Below are positions 1-12,784 of a DNA stretch of 64,000 nucleotides, piece after piece. This stretch comes from Isurus oxyrinchus (Eukaryota): positions 110,670,001 to 110,734,000 of the forward strand of contig JANJGN010000008.1 of NCBI GenBank assembly GCA_026770705.1. Direction: 5' to 3'. The position numbers were made by a program, and so were the translations under genes. The notes under the pieces were generated by a model. That model ran no database searches and was not told where the DNA came from. It was given only the letters and a program-made list of their open reading frames with translations. The first letter of the stretch is position 1, and each line of letters starts with the position of its first letter.

Positions 1-3000
1 CTGGTGAATCTCCTTGTTCTCTCCCCTCACTTCTGAATATGCTCGTTCTCTGCAATCACTGGTGAATATGCTATTTCTCTCCACTCCCTGGAGAATCTGC
101 TATTTCTTCCACTCACTGGGGAATATGCTATTACTCTCCAGTCACTGACGAATCTGCTAGTTTCCTCCACTGACTCTATGAATCTGCTTTTCTCTCCACT
201 CACTGGTGAATCAGCTATTTCTGCCCACTCCATGGTGAATGTGCTCTTTCCCTCCACTCACTGGCGAGTCTGCAATTTCTTCCACTTACTGGCAGAGCTG
301 CTAGTTCTTCCACTCAATGGTGAATCTGCTAGTTCTCCCACTCTTGCCGAATCTGCTAATTAACCCCACTCACTTGTGAGTCTGCAAGATCTACCCACTC
401 CCTGGTGAATCTACTCGTTTTGCACTCACTGGCGAGATTGTGAGTTTTCTCCACTCACTGGCGAATCTGCTATTTCTCTCCACTCACTAATAAATCTGCT
501 AGATTTTTCCACTCACTGGTGAATCTGATACTTCTCATCCTCACTGGTGAATCTGCTATTTCTTCCACTCACTGGCGAATCTGTTAGTCCCCAACACTCA
601 CTGGCGAATCTGTTAGTCCTCAGCACTCACTGGTGAATCACATAGTTCTCTCCAATCACTGACGAATCTTTTAGATCTTCCATTCACTGGCGAAGCTGCT
701 AGAACTCCCCACTCACTGGCATATCTGATAGTTATACCCAATAAATGGCGTATCTGCTATTTTTTTCCACTCACTGGCGAATGTGCAATTGCTCTCCTCA
801 CACTGGTGAATCTGTTCATTTCTCCACTCACTGGTGAATCTGATAATTCTCTCCCTCACTGGCGAATCTGCTGCTGCTTCCACTCACTGACGAATCTGCT
901 AGTTCTGCCACTCACTGGTGATTCTCCTAGTTCTTCCACTCACTGGCAAATCTGCTAGGTCTTTCCACTCACAGGTGAATCTGCTAGTTCCATCCACTCA
1001 CTGGTGAATCTGTTATTATTTCCATTCACTTGCGAATCTGCTTGTTCTCTCCACTCATTGGCGAAGCTGCTGGGTCTCTCCTCTCACCAGTGAATCTGCT
1101 AGCTCCCTCCACTCACTGGTGAATCTGCTCTTTCTCTCCACTCACTGTCGAATCTGCTAGTTCTGCCACTCACTGGCGAATCTGCTAGTTCTCCCACTCA
1201 CTGGCGAATCTGCTTGGTCTCTCCACTCACAGGTAAATCTTCTAGTTCCATCCACTCACTGGTGAATCTGCTATTATTTCCATTCACTGGCGGAACTGCT
1301 CGTTCTCTCCACCCATTAGTGAAGCTCCTGGGTCTCTCCACTCGCTGACGGATCTGCTAGTTCTCTCCACTCAATGGCGAATCTGCTAGTTCCGCCACTC
1401 ACCGGTGAATCTGCTAGTTCTCCACTCATTGGCGAAGCTGCTGGGTCTCTCCACTCACAGGTGAATCTGCTCGTTCCATTCACTCACTGGCGAATCTGCC
1501 ATTTCTCTCCAATCACTGACGAGTCTGCTAGTTCTCTCCACTGACTCTGTGAATCTGCTTTACTCTCCACTTACTGGCGAATCAGCTATTTCTGCCCAAT
1601 CCATGGGAATTGTGCCCTCTCCCTCCACTCACTGGCGAGTCTGCAATTTCTTCCATCCACTGGTGAATCTGCTAGTTCACACACTCACTGGTGAATCTGC
1701 TCGAACTCTCCACTCACTGGAGTATCTGCTGGGTCTCACCACTCACTGGTGATTCTGCTAGTTCTCCCCACTCCCTGGCAAACCAGCTCTTTGTCTCCAC
1801 TCGCTGGCGAATCTGATAGAACTCCCCACTCACTGGAGTACCTGCTGGGACTCTCCACTCACTGGTGATTCTCTAGTTCTCCCACTCACTGGCGAATCTT
1901 CTAATTCTCTCCACTCACTGGCATATCTGATAGTTATATCCACTTACTGGCAAATCTGTTATTTTCTTCCACTCACTGGCGAATCTGCTATTGCTCTCCA
2001 CACACTGGTGAATCTGCTCATTCTTTCCACTCACTGGCGACTCTGCTGCTGCTTCCACTCACTGTCGAATATGCTAGTTCTGCCACTCACTCCTGAATCA
2101 GCTACTTCTTTCTCTCACTGGTGAATCTGCAAGTTCTGTCACTCACTGGTGAATCTGCTAGCTCTCCCACTCACTGGCGAATCTGCTAGGTCTCTCCACT
2201 CACAGGTGAATCTGTTAGTTCCATCCACTCACTGGCGAATCTGCTATTATTTCCATTCACTGGTGTATCTGCTTGTTCTCTCCACTCATTGGCCAAGCTC
2301 CTGGGTCTCTCCACTGGCAGACGGATCGGCTAGTTCCCTCCAATCAATGGCGAGTCTGCTAGCTCTCCCACTCAGTGGCGAATCTGCTTGGTCTCTACAC
2401 TCACAAGTGAATCTGCTAGTTCCATCCACTCACTGGCTAATCTGCTACTTCTTTCCACTCGCTGACCAGTCAGCTAGTTCTGTCCACTCAATGGCGAATC
2501 AGCTATTTTCATCCACACACTGATGAATCTGCTCATTCCCTCCACTCTCTGGGGAATCTGCTCGTTCTCTCACTCACTGTTGAATCTGCTATTACTCTCC
2601 ACTAGCTGATGAATCTGCTAGTTTCCTCCACTGACTCTATGAATCTGCTTTACTCTCCACTTACTAGTGAATCAGCTATTTCTGCCTACTCCATGGGGAA
2701 TTTGCCCTTTGCCTCCACTCACTGGCGAGTCTGCAATTTCTTCCATTCACTGGCGAATCTGCTAGTTCACATACTCACTGGCGAATCTGCTAGAACTCTC
2801 CACTCACTGGAGTATCTGCTGGGTCTCTCCACTCACTGGCGATTCTGCTAGTTCTCCCCCCTCCCTGGCGAACCTGCTATTTGTCTCCATTCACTGGCGA
2901 ATCTGATAGAACTCTCCACTCACTGGAGTATCTGCTCGGTCTCTCCACTCACTGGCTAATCTTCTAATTCTCTCCACTAACTGGCAAACCTGCTATTTTT

Positions 3001-6000
3001 TTTTCCATGCACTGGCGAATCTGCAATTTCTCTCCACACACAGGTGAATCTGCTCATTCTTCCCACTCAGTGGCTTATCTGCTAGTTCCCTCCATACACT
3101 GGCGAATCTGCTGCAGCTTCCACTCACTAACGAATCTACTAGTTCTGCCACTCACTGGTGAATCTCCCAGTTCTCCCACTCACTGGCGAATCTGCTAGGT
3201 CTCTCCACTCACAGGTGAATCTGCTAGTTACTTTCACACTGGTGAATCTTCTATTATTTCCATTCACTGGCGAATCTGCTTGTTCTCTCCACTCATTGGC
3301 GAAGCTGTTGGGTCTCTCCACTCACTAGTGAATATGTTAGCTCCCTCCACTCACTGGCGAATTTGCTATTTCGCCCCACTCACTGTCGAAGCTGCTAGTT
3401 CTGCCGCTCACTGGCGGATCTGCTAGTTCTCCCACTCACAGGTGAATCTGCTAGTTCCATCCACTCACTGGCGAATCTGCTATTACTTCCATTCACTGCT
3501 TGTTCTCTCCACTCATTGGCGAAGCTCCTGGGTCCGTCCACTCACTGACGGATCTGCTAGATCTCTCCACTCAATGGCGAATCTGCTAGTTCGGTCACTC
3601 ACTGGCGAATCTGCTAGTTCTCCCACTCATTGGCGAATCTGCTAGGTCTCTAGTCTCACAGGTGAATCTGCAAGTTCCATCCACTCACTGGTGAATCTGC
3701 TATTTCTCTCCACTCGCTGACGAGTCTGCTAGTTCTCTCCACTCAATGGCGAATCAGCTATTTTCATCCACTCACTTGTGAATGTGCTCGTTCCCGCCAC
3801 TCTCTGGAGAATCTGCTAGTTTGCCCACTCACTGTTGATTCTGCTATTACTCTCCACTCGCTGACGAATTTGCTGGTTTCCTCCACTCACTCTGTGAATC
3901 TGCTTTACTCTCCACTCACTGGCGTATCAGCTATTTCTGCCCAGTCCATGGGAAATGTGCCCTTTCCCTCCACTCACTGGCAAGTCTGCAATTTCTTTTA
4001 CGCACTGGCCAATCTGCTGATTCCTCCACTCACAGGTGAATCTGTTAGTTCGCCCAATCTCTGGCAAATCTGCTAGTTCTCCCTACTCACTTGTGAATCA
4101 GCTGGATCTCTGCTTTCAATGGTGAATCTGCTCGTTCTCTCCACTCACTGGTGAATCAGCTATTTTATCCATTCACTGGCGTATCTGCTTGTTCTCTCCA
4201 TTTACTGGTGAATCTGCTCGTTCTCTCCCCTCATTGGTGCATCTGCTAGTTCTCTTCACTCACTGGCGCATCTGATATTTCTTCTATTCACTGGGGAATC
4301 TGCTGGTCCACTCTCTTCATTGGCGAAGCTGCTGTGTATCTCCACTCACTGGTGAATCTGCTAGTTCCCTTCACTCACTGGTGAATCTGCTAGATCTCCC
4401 CACTCAATGGCGAATCAACTTTTTCCATCCACACACTGGCGAATCTGCTTGTTCTTTCCACTCATTGGCGAAACTACTGGATCTCTCCACTCACCGGTGA
4501 AACAGCTATTTCCGTCCACTCACTGGTGAATATACTCATTCCCTCCACTCACTGGTGAATCTGCTAATTCTCCCACTCACTATTGAATCTGTTAGTTCCT
4601 CCTATCTGTGGCGAATCTGCGCTTCATCCCCAGTCACTGGTGAATTTGGTAGTTTTCTCCAATCACTGCCGAATCTGCTGGAACTCTCCACTCATTGGCG
4701 TATCTGCTGGTTCTTTCAAATCACTGGTGAATGAGTTACTTCTTCCCCTCACTGGCGAATATGCAAGCTCTCACTGGTGAATAAACTACTTCTCTCCACA
4801 CAGTAGTGAATCTGCTGGTTCCCTCCACTCACTCACGAATCTGCTTGTTCTCTCAAACTCACTGGCCAATCTGATAGTTTTCTCCACTCACTGGCGAAAG
4901 TGTGAGTTTTCTCCACTCACTGGTGAATCTGGTATTTCTCTCCATTCACTGATGAATCTTCTAGTTTTCTCCGTTCACTAGCGAATCTGTTAGTCCTCAA
5001 CACTCAGTGACGAAACTCATAGCTCTCTGCACTCACTGACAGAACTTTTAGTTCTTCCACTCACTGGCGAATCTGCTAGAACTCTCCACTCACTGGACTA
5101 TCTGCTGGGTCTCTCCACTCACGGGCGATTCTGCTATTTCTCCCACGCACTGGCGATTCTCTTAGTTCTTCCACTCACTGGTGAATCTTCTAGTTTGCTC
5201 CACTCACTGGTGTATCTGATAGTTCAATCCACTAACTGGCAAATTTGCTAGTTTTTTTTCACTCTCTAGCGAATCTGCAATTGCTCTCCACACACTGGTG
5301 AATCTGCTCATTCTTTCCACTCACTGGCAAATCTGCTAGTTCCCTCCACTCACTGGCGATACTGCTGCTGCTTCCACTCACTGTCGAATATGCTAGTTCT
5401 GCTACTCACTGCCGAATCAGCTACTTCTTCCTCTCACTGGTGAATCTGCAAGTTCTCCCACTCACTGGCAAATCTGCTAGGTCTCTACACTCACAGGTGA
5501 ATCTGCTAGTTCCATCCACTCACTGGCGAATCTGCTATTATTTCTATTCACTGGCAGAACTGCTTGTTCTCTCCACTCATTGGCGAATCTCCTGGGTCTC
5601 TCCACTCGCAGACGGATCTGCTAGTTCTCTCCACTCAATGGCGAATCTGCTAGTTCTGCCACTCACTGGCGAATCTGCTAGTTCTCCCACTTACTGGCGA
5701 ATCTGCTAGGTCTCTCCACTCGCAGGTGAATCTGCTATTTCTCTCCACTTGCTGACGAGTCTGCTAGTTCTCTCCAGTCAATGGCAAATCAGCTATTTTC
5801 ATCCACTCACTGGTGAATGTGCTCGTTCCTACCACTCTTTGGCGAATCTGCTAGTTCTCCCACTCACTGTTGAATCTACTAATACTCTCCACTCACTGGC
5901 GAATCTGCTAGTTTCCTCCACTGACTCTGTGAATCTGCTTTACTCTCTACTCTCTGGCTAATCAGCTATTTCTGCCAACTCCATGGGGAATGTGTCCTTT

Positions 6001-9000
6001 CCATCCATTCACTGACGAGTCTGCAATTTCCTCCACTCACTGGCAGATCTGCTAGTTCTTCCACTCACTGGTGAATCTGCTAGTTCGCCCAATCTCTGGC
6101 GGATCTGCTAGATCTCCCCACTCACTTGTGAATCAGCTGGATCTCCGCTTTCGCTGTTGAATCTGCTTGTTCTCTCCACTCTCTGGTGAATCAGCTATTT
6201 CATCCATTCATTGGCGTATCTGCTTGTTCTCTCCATTCACTGGTGAATCTGCTCATTCTCTCCCCTCACTGGTGAATCTGCTTGTTCTCTTCCATCAATG
6301 GTGCATCTGCTAGTTTCCTTCACTCACTGCCGCATTTGATATTTCTTCCATACAGTGGGCAATCTGCTGGTTCACTCTCTGCATTGGCGAAGCTGCTGGG
6401 TATCTCCACTCACTGGTGAATCTGCTAGTTCTCTCCACTCGCTGGCAAATCAGCTAGATCTCTCCACTCAATGGCGAATCAGCTTTTTCCGGCCACACAC
6501 TGGCGAATCTGCTTCTTATCTCCACTCATTGGCGAAGCTGCTGGGTCTCTCCAATCACTGGTGAAACAGCTATTTCCGTCCACTCACTGGTAAATATGCT
6601 CATTCCCTCCACTCACTGGCAAATCTGCTAAATCTCCCACTCTGTTGAATCTGTTAGTTCCTCCTCTCTGTGGTGAATCTGCACATCATCCCCAGTCACT
6701 GGTGAATTTGCTAGTTCTCTCCACTCACTGGCGATTCTGCTAATTCTCCCACCCGCAGGCAAACCTTCTAGATTTCACCACTCACTAGCGAATCTGATTG
6801 TTTTTTTTCTTCCCTCAGGGGAATCTGCTTATTGTCTCCATTCACTGGCGAATCTCTTAGTTCTTCCACTCACTGGCAAATCTGCTTGTACTCTCTACTC
6901 ACTGGTGAATCTGCTAGTCCTCTCCATTCACTCGTTAATCTGCTTGTACTCTCCACAAACTGACGAATCTCTTAGTTTTCTCCTCTCACTGGCGTATCTG
7001 CTGGTTCTTTCAAATCACTGGCGAATCAACTACTTCTTCCTCTCATTAGCGAATCTGTTAGTTCTCTCCACCCACTGGTCTCCCTGCTTGTTCTCTCCAC
7101 TCACTGGCAAATCTGCTTGTACTCTCGACTCACTGGTGAATCTGCTAGTCCTCTCCACACACTGGTAAATTTGCTCATTCTTTCCACTCATCAGCTAATC
7201 TACAAGTTCCTTTCACTCACTGGCGAAACTGCTAGTTCTGCCACTCACTAGCGAATCAGCTACTTCTTCCTCTCACTGGCGAATCTGCAAGTTCTGTCAC
7301 TGACTGGCGAATCTGCTAGTTCTCCCACTCACTGGCGAATCTGCTTGTTCTCTCCACTCACTGGTGAATATGCTCGTTCTTCCACTAACTGTCGAACCTG
7401 CTTGTTCTCTACTCTCACTGGCGAATCTGCTAGTTCAGTGCACACACTGGCGAATTGGCATTTCTCTCCAGTCACTGGCAAATCTGCTATTTCCGTCCAC
7501 TCATTGGTGAATCTGCTCATTCTCTCCAGTCATTGTCGAATCTGCTATTTTTCTCCACTCACTGACAAATCTGCTAGTTTCCTCCACTGACTGGAGAATC
7601 TGCTTCTTATCTCCACTCACTGGTGAATCTGCTTTTTCTGTGCACTCACTGGAGAATCTGCTCGTTCTGTGCTTTCACTGGTGAATGAACTACTTCTCTC
7701 CACACAGTAGTGAATCTGCTGGTTCCCTCCACTCACTCGCGAATCTGCTTGTTCTCTCCACTCACTGGCCAATCTGGTATTTCTCTCCACTCACTGACGA
7801 ACCTCCTAGTTTTCCCCACTCACAGGTGAATCTGCTATTTCTTCCACTCACCGGCGAATCTCATAACTTTCTCCAATCACTGACTTAACTTTTAGTTCTT
7901 CCACTTACTGGCGAAGCTGCTAGTTCTCACACTCACTGCGAATCTGCTAGAAATCTCCACTCACTGGAGTATCTGCTGGGTCTCTTCACTCAATGGCGAA
8001 TCTGCTAGTGCTCTCCACTCACTGGTGAAACTGCTATTTGTCTGCACTCACTGATGAATCTGCTAGAACTCTCTACTCACTGGACGAACTGCTGGGTCTC
8101 TCCACTCACTGTCGATTCTGCTAGTTCTCCCATTCACTGGGGATTCTCTTAGCTCTTCCAATCACTGGTGAATCTTCTAATTTGCTCCACTCTTTGGTGT
8201 ATCTGATATTTCAGTCCACTAATTGGCAAAGCTGCTAGTTTTTTTCGCTCTCCAGAGAATCTGCTATTGCTCTCCACATACTGGTGAATCTGCTCATTCT
8301 TTTCACTCACTGGCGAATCTGCTAAATCCCTCCACTCACTGGCGACCCTGCTGGTGCTTCCACTCACTGCCGAATCTGCTACTTCTGCCACTCACTGCCG
8401 AATCAGTTACTTCTTCCTCTCAATGGTGAATCTGCAAGCTCTGTCACTCACTGGTGAATCTGCTAGTTCTCCCACTCACTGCGAATCTGCGAGTTCTCCC
8501 TCTCACCGGTGAATTTGCTTATCTTCAACTCACTGGTGAATCTGCTCGTTCCCTCCACTCACTGGTGAATCTGCTCATTCTCTGCACTCGCTGTCTAATC
8601 TACGAGTTTCCTCCACTCACTGGCGAATCTGCTTGTTATATCCAATCACTGGTGAATCTGCTTATTCTCTTCTCTCATTGGCAAATCTGCTATTTCTCTC
8701 CACTCGCTGACAAATCTTCCGGTTCTTCCACTCACTGGTGAATCTATTGGTTCTCCCACTCACTGGCGAATCTGCTAGTTCTCTCCACTCACTGATCTAC
8801 CTGTTTGTTCTCTCCACTTACTGGCGAATCTGCTCGTTCTTCCACTCAGAGTCGAACCTGCTTGTTCTCTACTCTCACTGGTGAATCTACTATTTCCGTC
8901 CACTCACTGGTGAATCTGCTCATTCTCTCCAGTCACTGTCGAATCTGCTATTTTTCTCCCTCACTGACAAATCAGCCAGTTTCCTACACTGAATGGAGGA

Positions 9001-12000
9001 TCTGCTTCTTATCTCCACACACTGGTGAATCTGCTTTTACTGTGTACTCAATGGAGAATCTGCTCATTCTGTGCTCTCACTTGTGAAAAAACCACTTCTC
9101 TCCACTCACTAGGGAATCTGTTGGTTTTCTCCACTCACTGGCGAATCTGCAACTTCTTTCCACGCACTGGTGAATCTGCTGGTTCCCTCCACTCACTGTC
9201 CAATCTGCTTGTTCTCTACACTCACTGTCCAATCTGCTTGTTCTCTACACTCACTGACGAATCTGCTAGTTATCTGCATTACTGGTGAATCTGCTATTTC
9301 TTACACTCACTGGTGAATCTGTTGGTCCTCAACACTCATTGGCGAATCTCATATCTCTCTCCACTCACTGACGAAACTTTTAGTTCTTCCACATACTGGC
9401 GAATCTGCTAGTTCTCACGCTCACTGGCGAATCTGTTGAACTCTCCACTCACTGGAGTATCTGCTGGGTCTCTGCACTCAATAGCAATACTGCTAGTTCT
9501 CTCCACTCACTGCTGAAACTGCCATTTGTCTCCACTCACTGGCGAACCTGCTAGAAATCTCCACTCTCTGGAGTTTCTTCTGGGTCTCTCCAATCACTGG
9601 CAATTCTGCTAGCTCTCCCACTCAGTGGCGATTCTCTTAGTTCTTCCACTCACTGGCGAATCTTCTAATTCTCTCCACTCACTGGCATATCTGATAGTTC
9701 TATCCACTAACTGGCAAATCTGCTAGTTTTTTCCACTCACTGGCGAATCTGCTATTGCTCTCCACGCACACTTGTGTATCTGCTCATTCTTTCCACTCAC
9801 TGATGAATCTGCTAGTTCCGTTCACTCACTGACGAATCTGCTGGTGCTTCCACTCACTGGTGAATCTGCTAGTTCTGCGACTCACTGGCGAATCTGCTAC
9901 TTCGTCCTCTCACTGTTGAATCTGCTAGTTCCGCCACTCACTGGTGAATCTGCTAGTTCTCCCACTCACTGGTGAATCTGCTCATTTTTTCCACTCACTG
10001 GTGAATCTGCTAGTTCCCTCCACTCACTGGCGAGTTATTTTGTGCTTCACTGGCGAATCTGCTAGTTCTGCCACTCACTGGCGAATCAGCTACTTCTTCG
10101 TCTAACTGGCGAATCTGCTAGTTCCCTCCACTCACTGGCGTGCTTGCTGGTGCTTTCACACATTGGCAAATCTGATAGTTCTGCCACTCACTGGTGGATC
10201 AGCTACTTATTCCCCTCACTGGTGAATCTGCTAATTCTGTCATTCACCTGCCAATCTGTTAGATCTCCAACTCACTGGCGAATATTTGAGTTCTCCTTCT
10301 CACTGGTGAATCTGCTTTTCTTCAACTCATTGGTGAATCTGTACGTTCCCTCTACTCACTCGTGATTCTGCTCATTCTCTCCACTCGCTGGCAAGTCTAC
10401 TAGTTTCCTCCACTCACTGGCGAGTCTGCTGCTTATCTCCAATCACTGGTGAATCTGCTTGTTCTCTCCACTCACTGGCAAAACTATTAGTTTCCACCCC
10501 TCACGGGAGAATTTGTTAGCAATCTCTACTCACGGGCGAATCTGCTTGTTCACTCCACTTACTGGCAAATCAGCTATTTGTCTCCACTCGCTGACGAATC
10601 AGCTGTTCTCTCCACTCAATGGCGAATCAGCTATTTCCATCCACACACTGGCGAAACTGCTCATTCTCTTCTCTCATTGGTGAATCTGTTATTTCTCTCC
10701 ACTCGCTGAAGAATCTTCTAGCTCTTCCACTCACTGGGGAATCTGTTAGTTCTTCTACTCACTGGCTAATCTGCTAGATCTTCCACTCACTGGTGAATCT
10801 ATTGGTGCTCCCACTCATTTGCGAATCTGCTAGTTCTCTCCACTCACTGGTCTCCCCACTTGTCCTCTCCATTCGCTGGCGAATCTGCTTGTTCTTCCAC
10901 TAACTGTCGAAGCTGCTTGTTCTCTAATCTCACTGGCGAATCTGCAATTCTGTGCATTCACTGGCTAATCTGCTTATCTCTCTAGTCACTGGCGAATCTG
11001 CTATTTCCGTCAACTCACTGGTGAATCTGCTCGTTCCCTCTAGTCACTGGCAAATCTATAATTATTCTCCACTCACTGACAGATCTGCTAGTTTCATCCA
11101 CTGACTGGAGAATCTGCTTCTAATCTCCACTCACTGCAGAATCTGCTTTTTCTGTGCACTCACTGGAGAATCTGCTGGTTCTGTGCTCTCACTGGCGAAT
11201 AAAGGACTTCCCTCCACAGACTAATGAATCTCTTGGTTCCCTCCACTAACTCGCAAATCTGCTTGTTCTCTCCACTCACTGGCTAATCTGCCAGTTCTCT
11301 CCACTGTGTTTTTCCTCCACTCATTGGCAAATCTGTTAGTCCTCAACACTCACTGGCGAATCTCATGGCTCTCTCCACTCACTGACGAATCTTTTAGTTC
11401 CTCCACGCACTGGCGAAATTGCTAGAACTCTCCACTCACTGGAGTATATGTTGGTTCTCTCCACTCACTGACGATTCTGCTAGTTCCCCAATCACTAGCG
11501 AATCTTCTAGTTCCTCCACTCACTTCCGAATCTTCTAATTCTCTCCACTCACTGGTGTATCTGATAGTTCTATCCACTAACTGGCAAATCTGCTAATTAT
11601 TTCCACTCACTATCGAATCTGCTATTGCTCTCCACAAACTGGTGAAACTGGTCATTCTTTCCTCTCACTGGTGAATCTGCTAGTCCCCTCCACTCACTGG
11701 CGAGTTATTTTGAGTTCCACTCATTGGCGAATCTGCTAGTTCTCCCACTCACTGGTGAATCTGCTCGTTCTCTCCACTCACTGGTGAATCTGTTCATTCT
11801 CTCCACTCGCTGGAGAATCTACTAGTTTGCTCCACTCACCGGCGAATCTGCTTGTTATCTCCAATCACTGGTGAATCTGCTTGTTCTCTCCACTCACTGT
11901 GGAATCTATTGGTTTCCACATCTCATGGGTGCATTTGTCAGTACTCTCCACTCATGGTTGAATCTTTTGTTCACTCCACTTATTGGCAAATCAGAAATTT

Positions 12001-12639
12001 ATCTCCACTCACTGATGAGTCTTCCAGTTCTCTCCACTCAATAGCAAATCAGCTATTTCCGTCCACACACTGGCGAATCTGCTCGTTCTCTTCTATCATT
12101 GGCAAATCTGCTGTTTCTCTCCACTCGCTGATGAATCTTCTAGTTCTTCCACACACTGATGAATCTATTCGTTCTTGCACTCACTGTGGAATCTGCTAGT
12201 TCTTCTACTCACTGGCAGATCTGCTAGTTCTTCCGCTCACTGGTGAATCTGTAAGTTCTCCCACTCACTGGTGAATCTGCTATGCCTTCCTCTCTGTGGC
12301 AAATCTGCTCATTATCCCCAGTCACTGGTGAATCAGCTAATTCTCCCACCCACAGTCAAATCTTCAAGATTGCTCCACTCACTAGTGAATCTGCTTGTTT
12401 TTTTTCTCTCAGGTGAATATGCTTGTTGTCTCCATTCACTGGCGAATCTCTTAGTTCTTCCACTCACTGGCAAATCTGCTTGTACTCCCGATTCACTGGT
12501 GAATCTGGTAGTCCTCTCCACTCACTGATGTATCTGCTTGTACTCTCCACTCACTGGCCTATCTGTTGGTTTTCTCCACTAACTGCCGAATCTGCTGGAA
12601 CTCTGTACTCATTGGCGTATCTGCTGCTTCCCTCAAATC

Positions 12640-12784
12640 ACTGGCGAATCTGCTAGTTCCCCCACTCACTTGCAAATCTGCTAGTTTTCTCCACAAACTG
12701 GCGAATCTGCTAGTTCCCCCACTCACTTGCAAATCTGCTAGTTTTCTCCACAAACTGGCGAATCTGCTAGTTCCCCCACTCACT
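12640..12784 (+). repeat. Perfect 57-bp (28+29 dimer) tandem repeat, 2.5 copies
   Basis: actggcgaatctgctagttcccccactcacttgcaaatctgctagttttctccacaa starts at 12640, 12697 and 12754. It also shows as a 19-aa repeat in ORFs 12559 and 12566. Confidence 0.9.
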
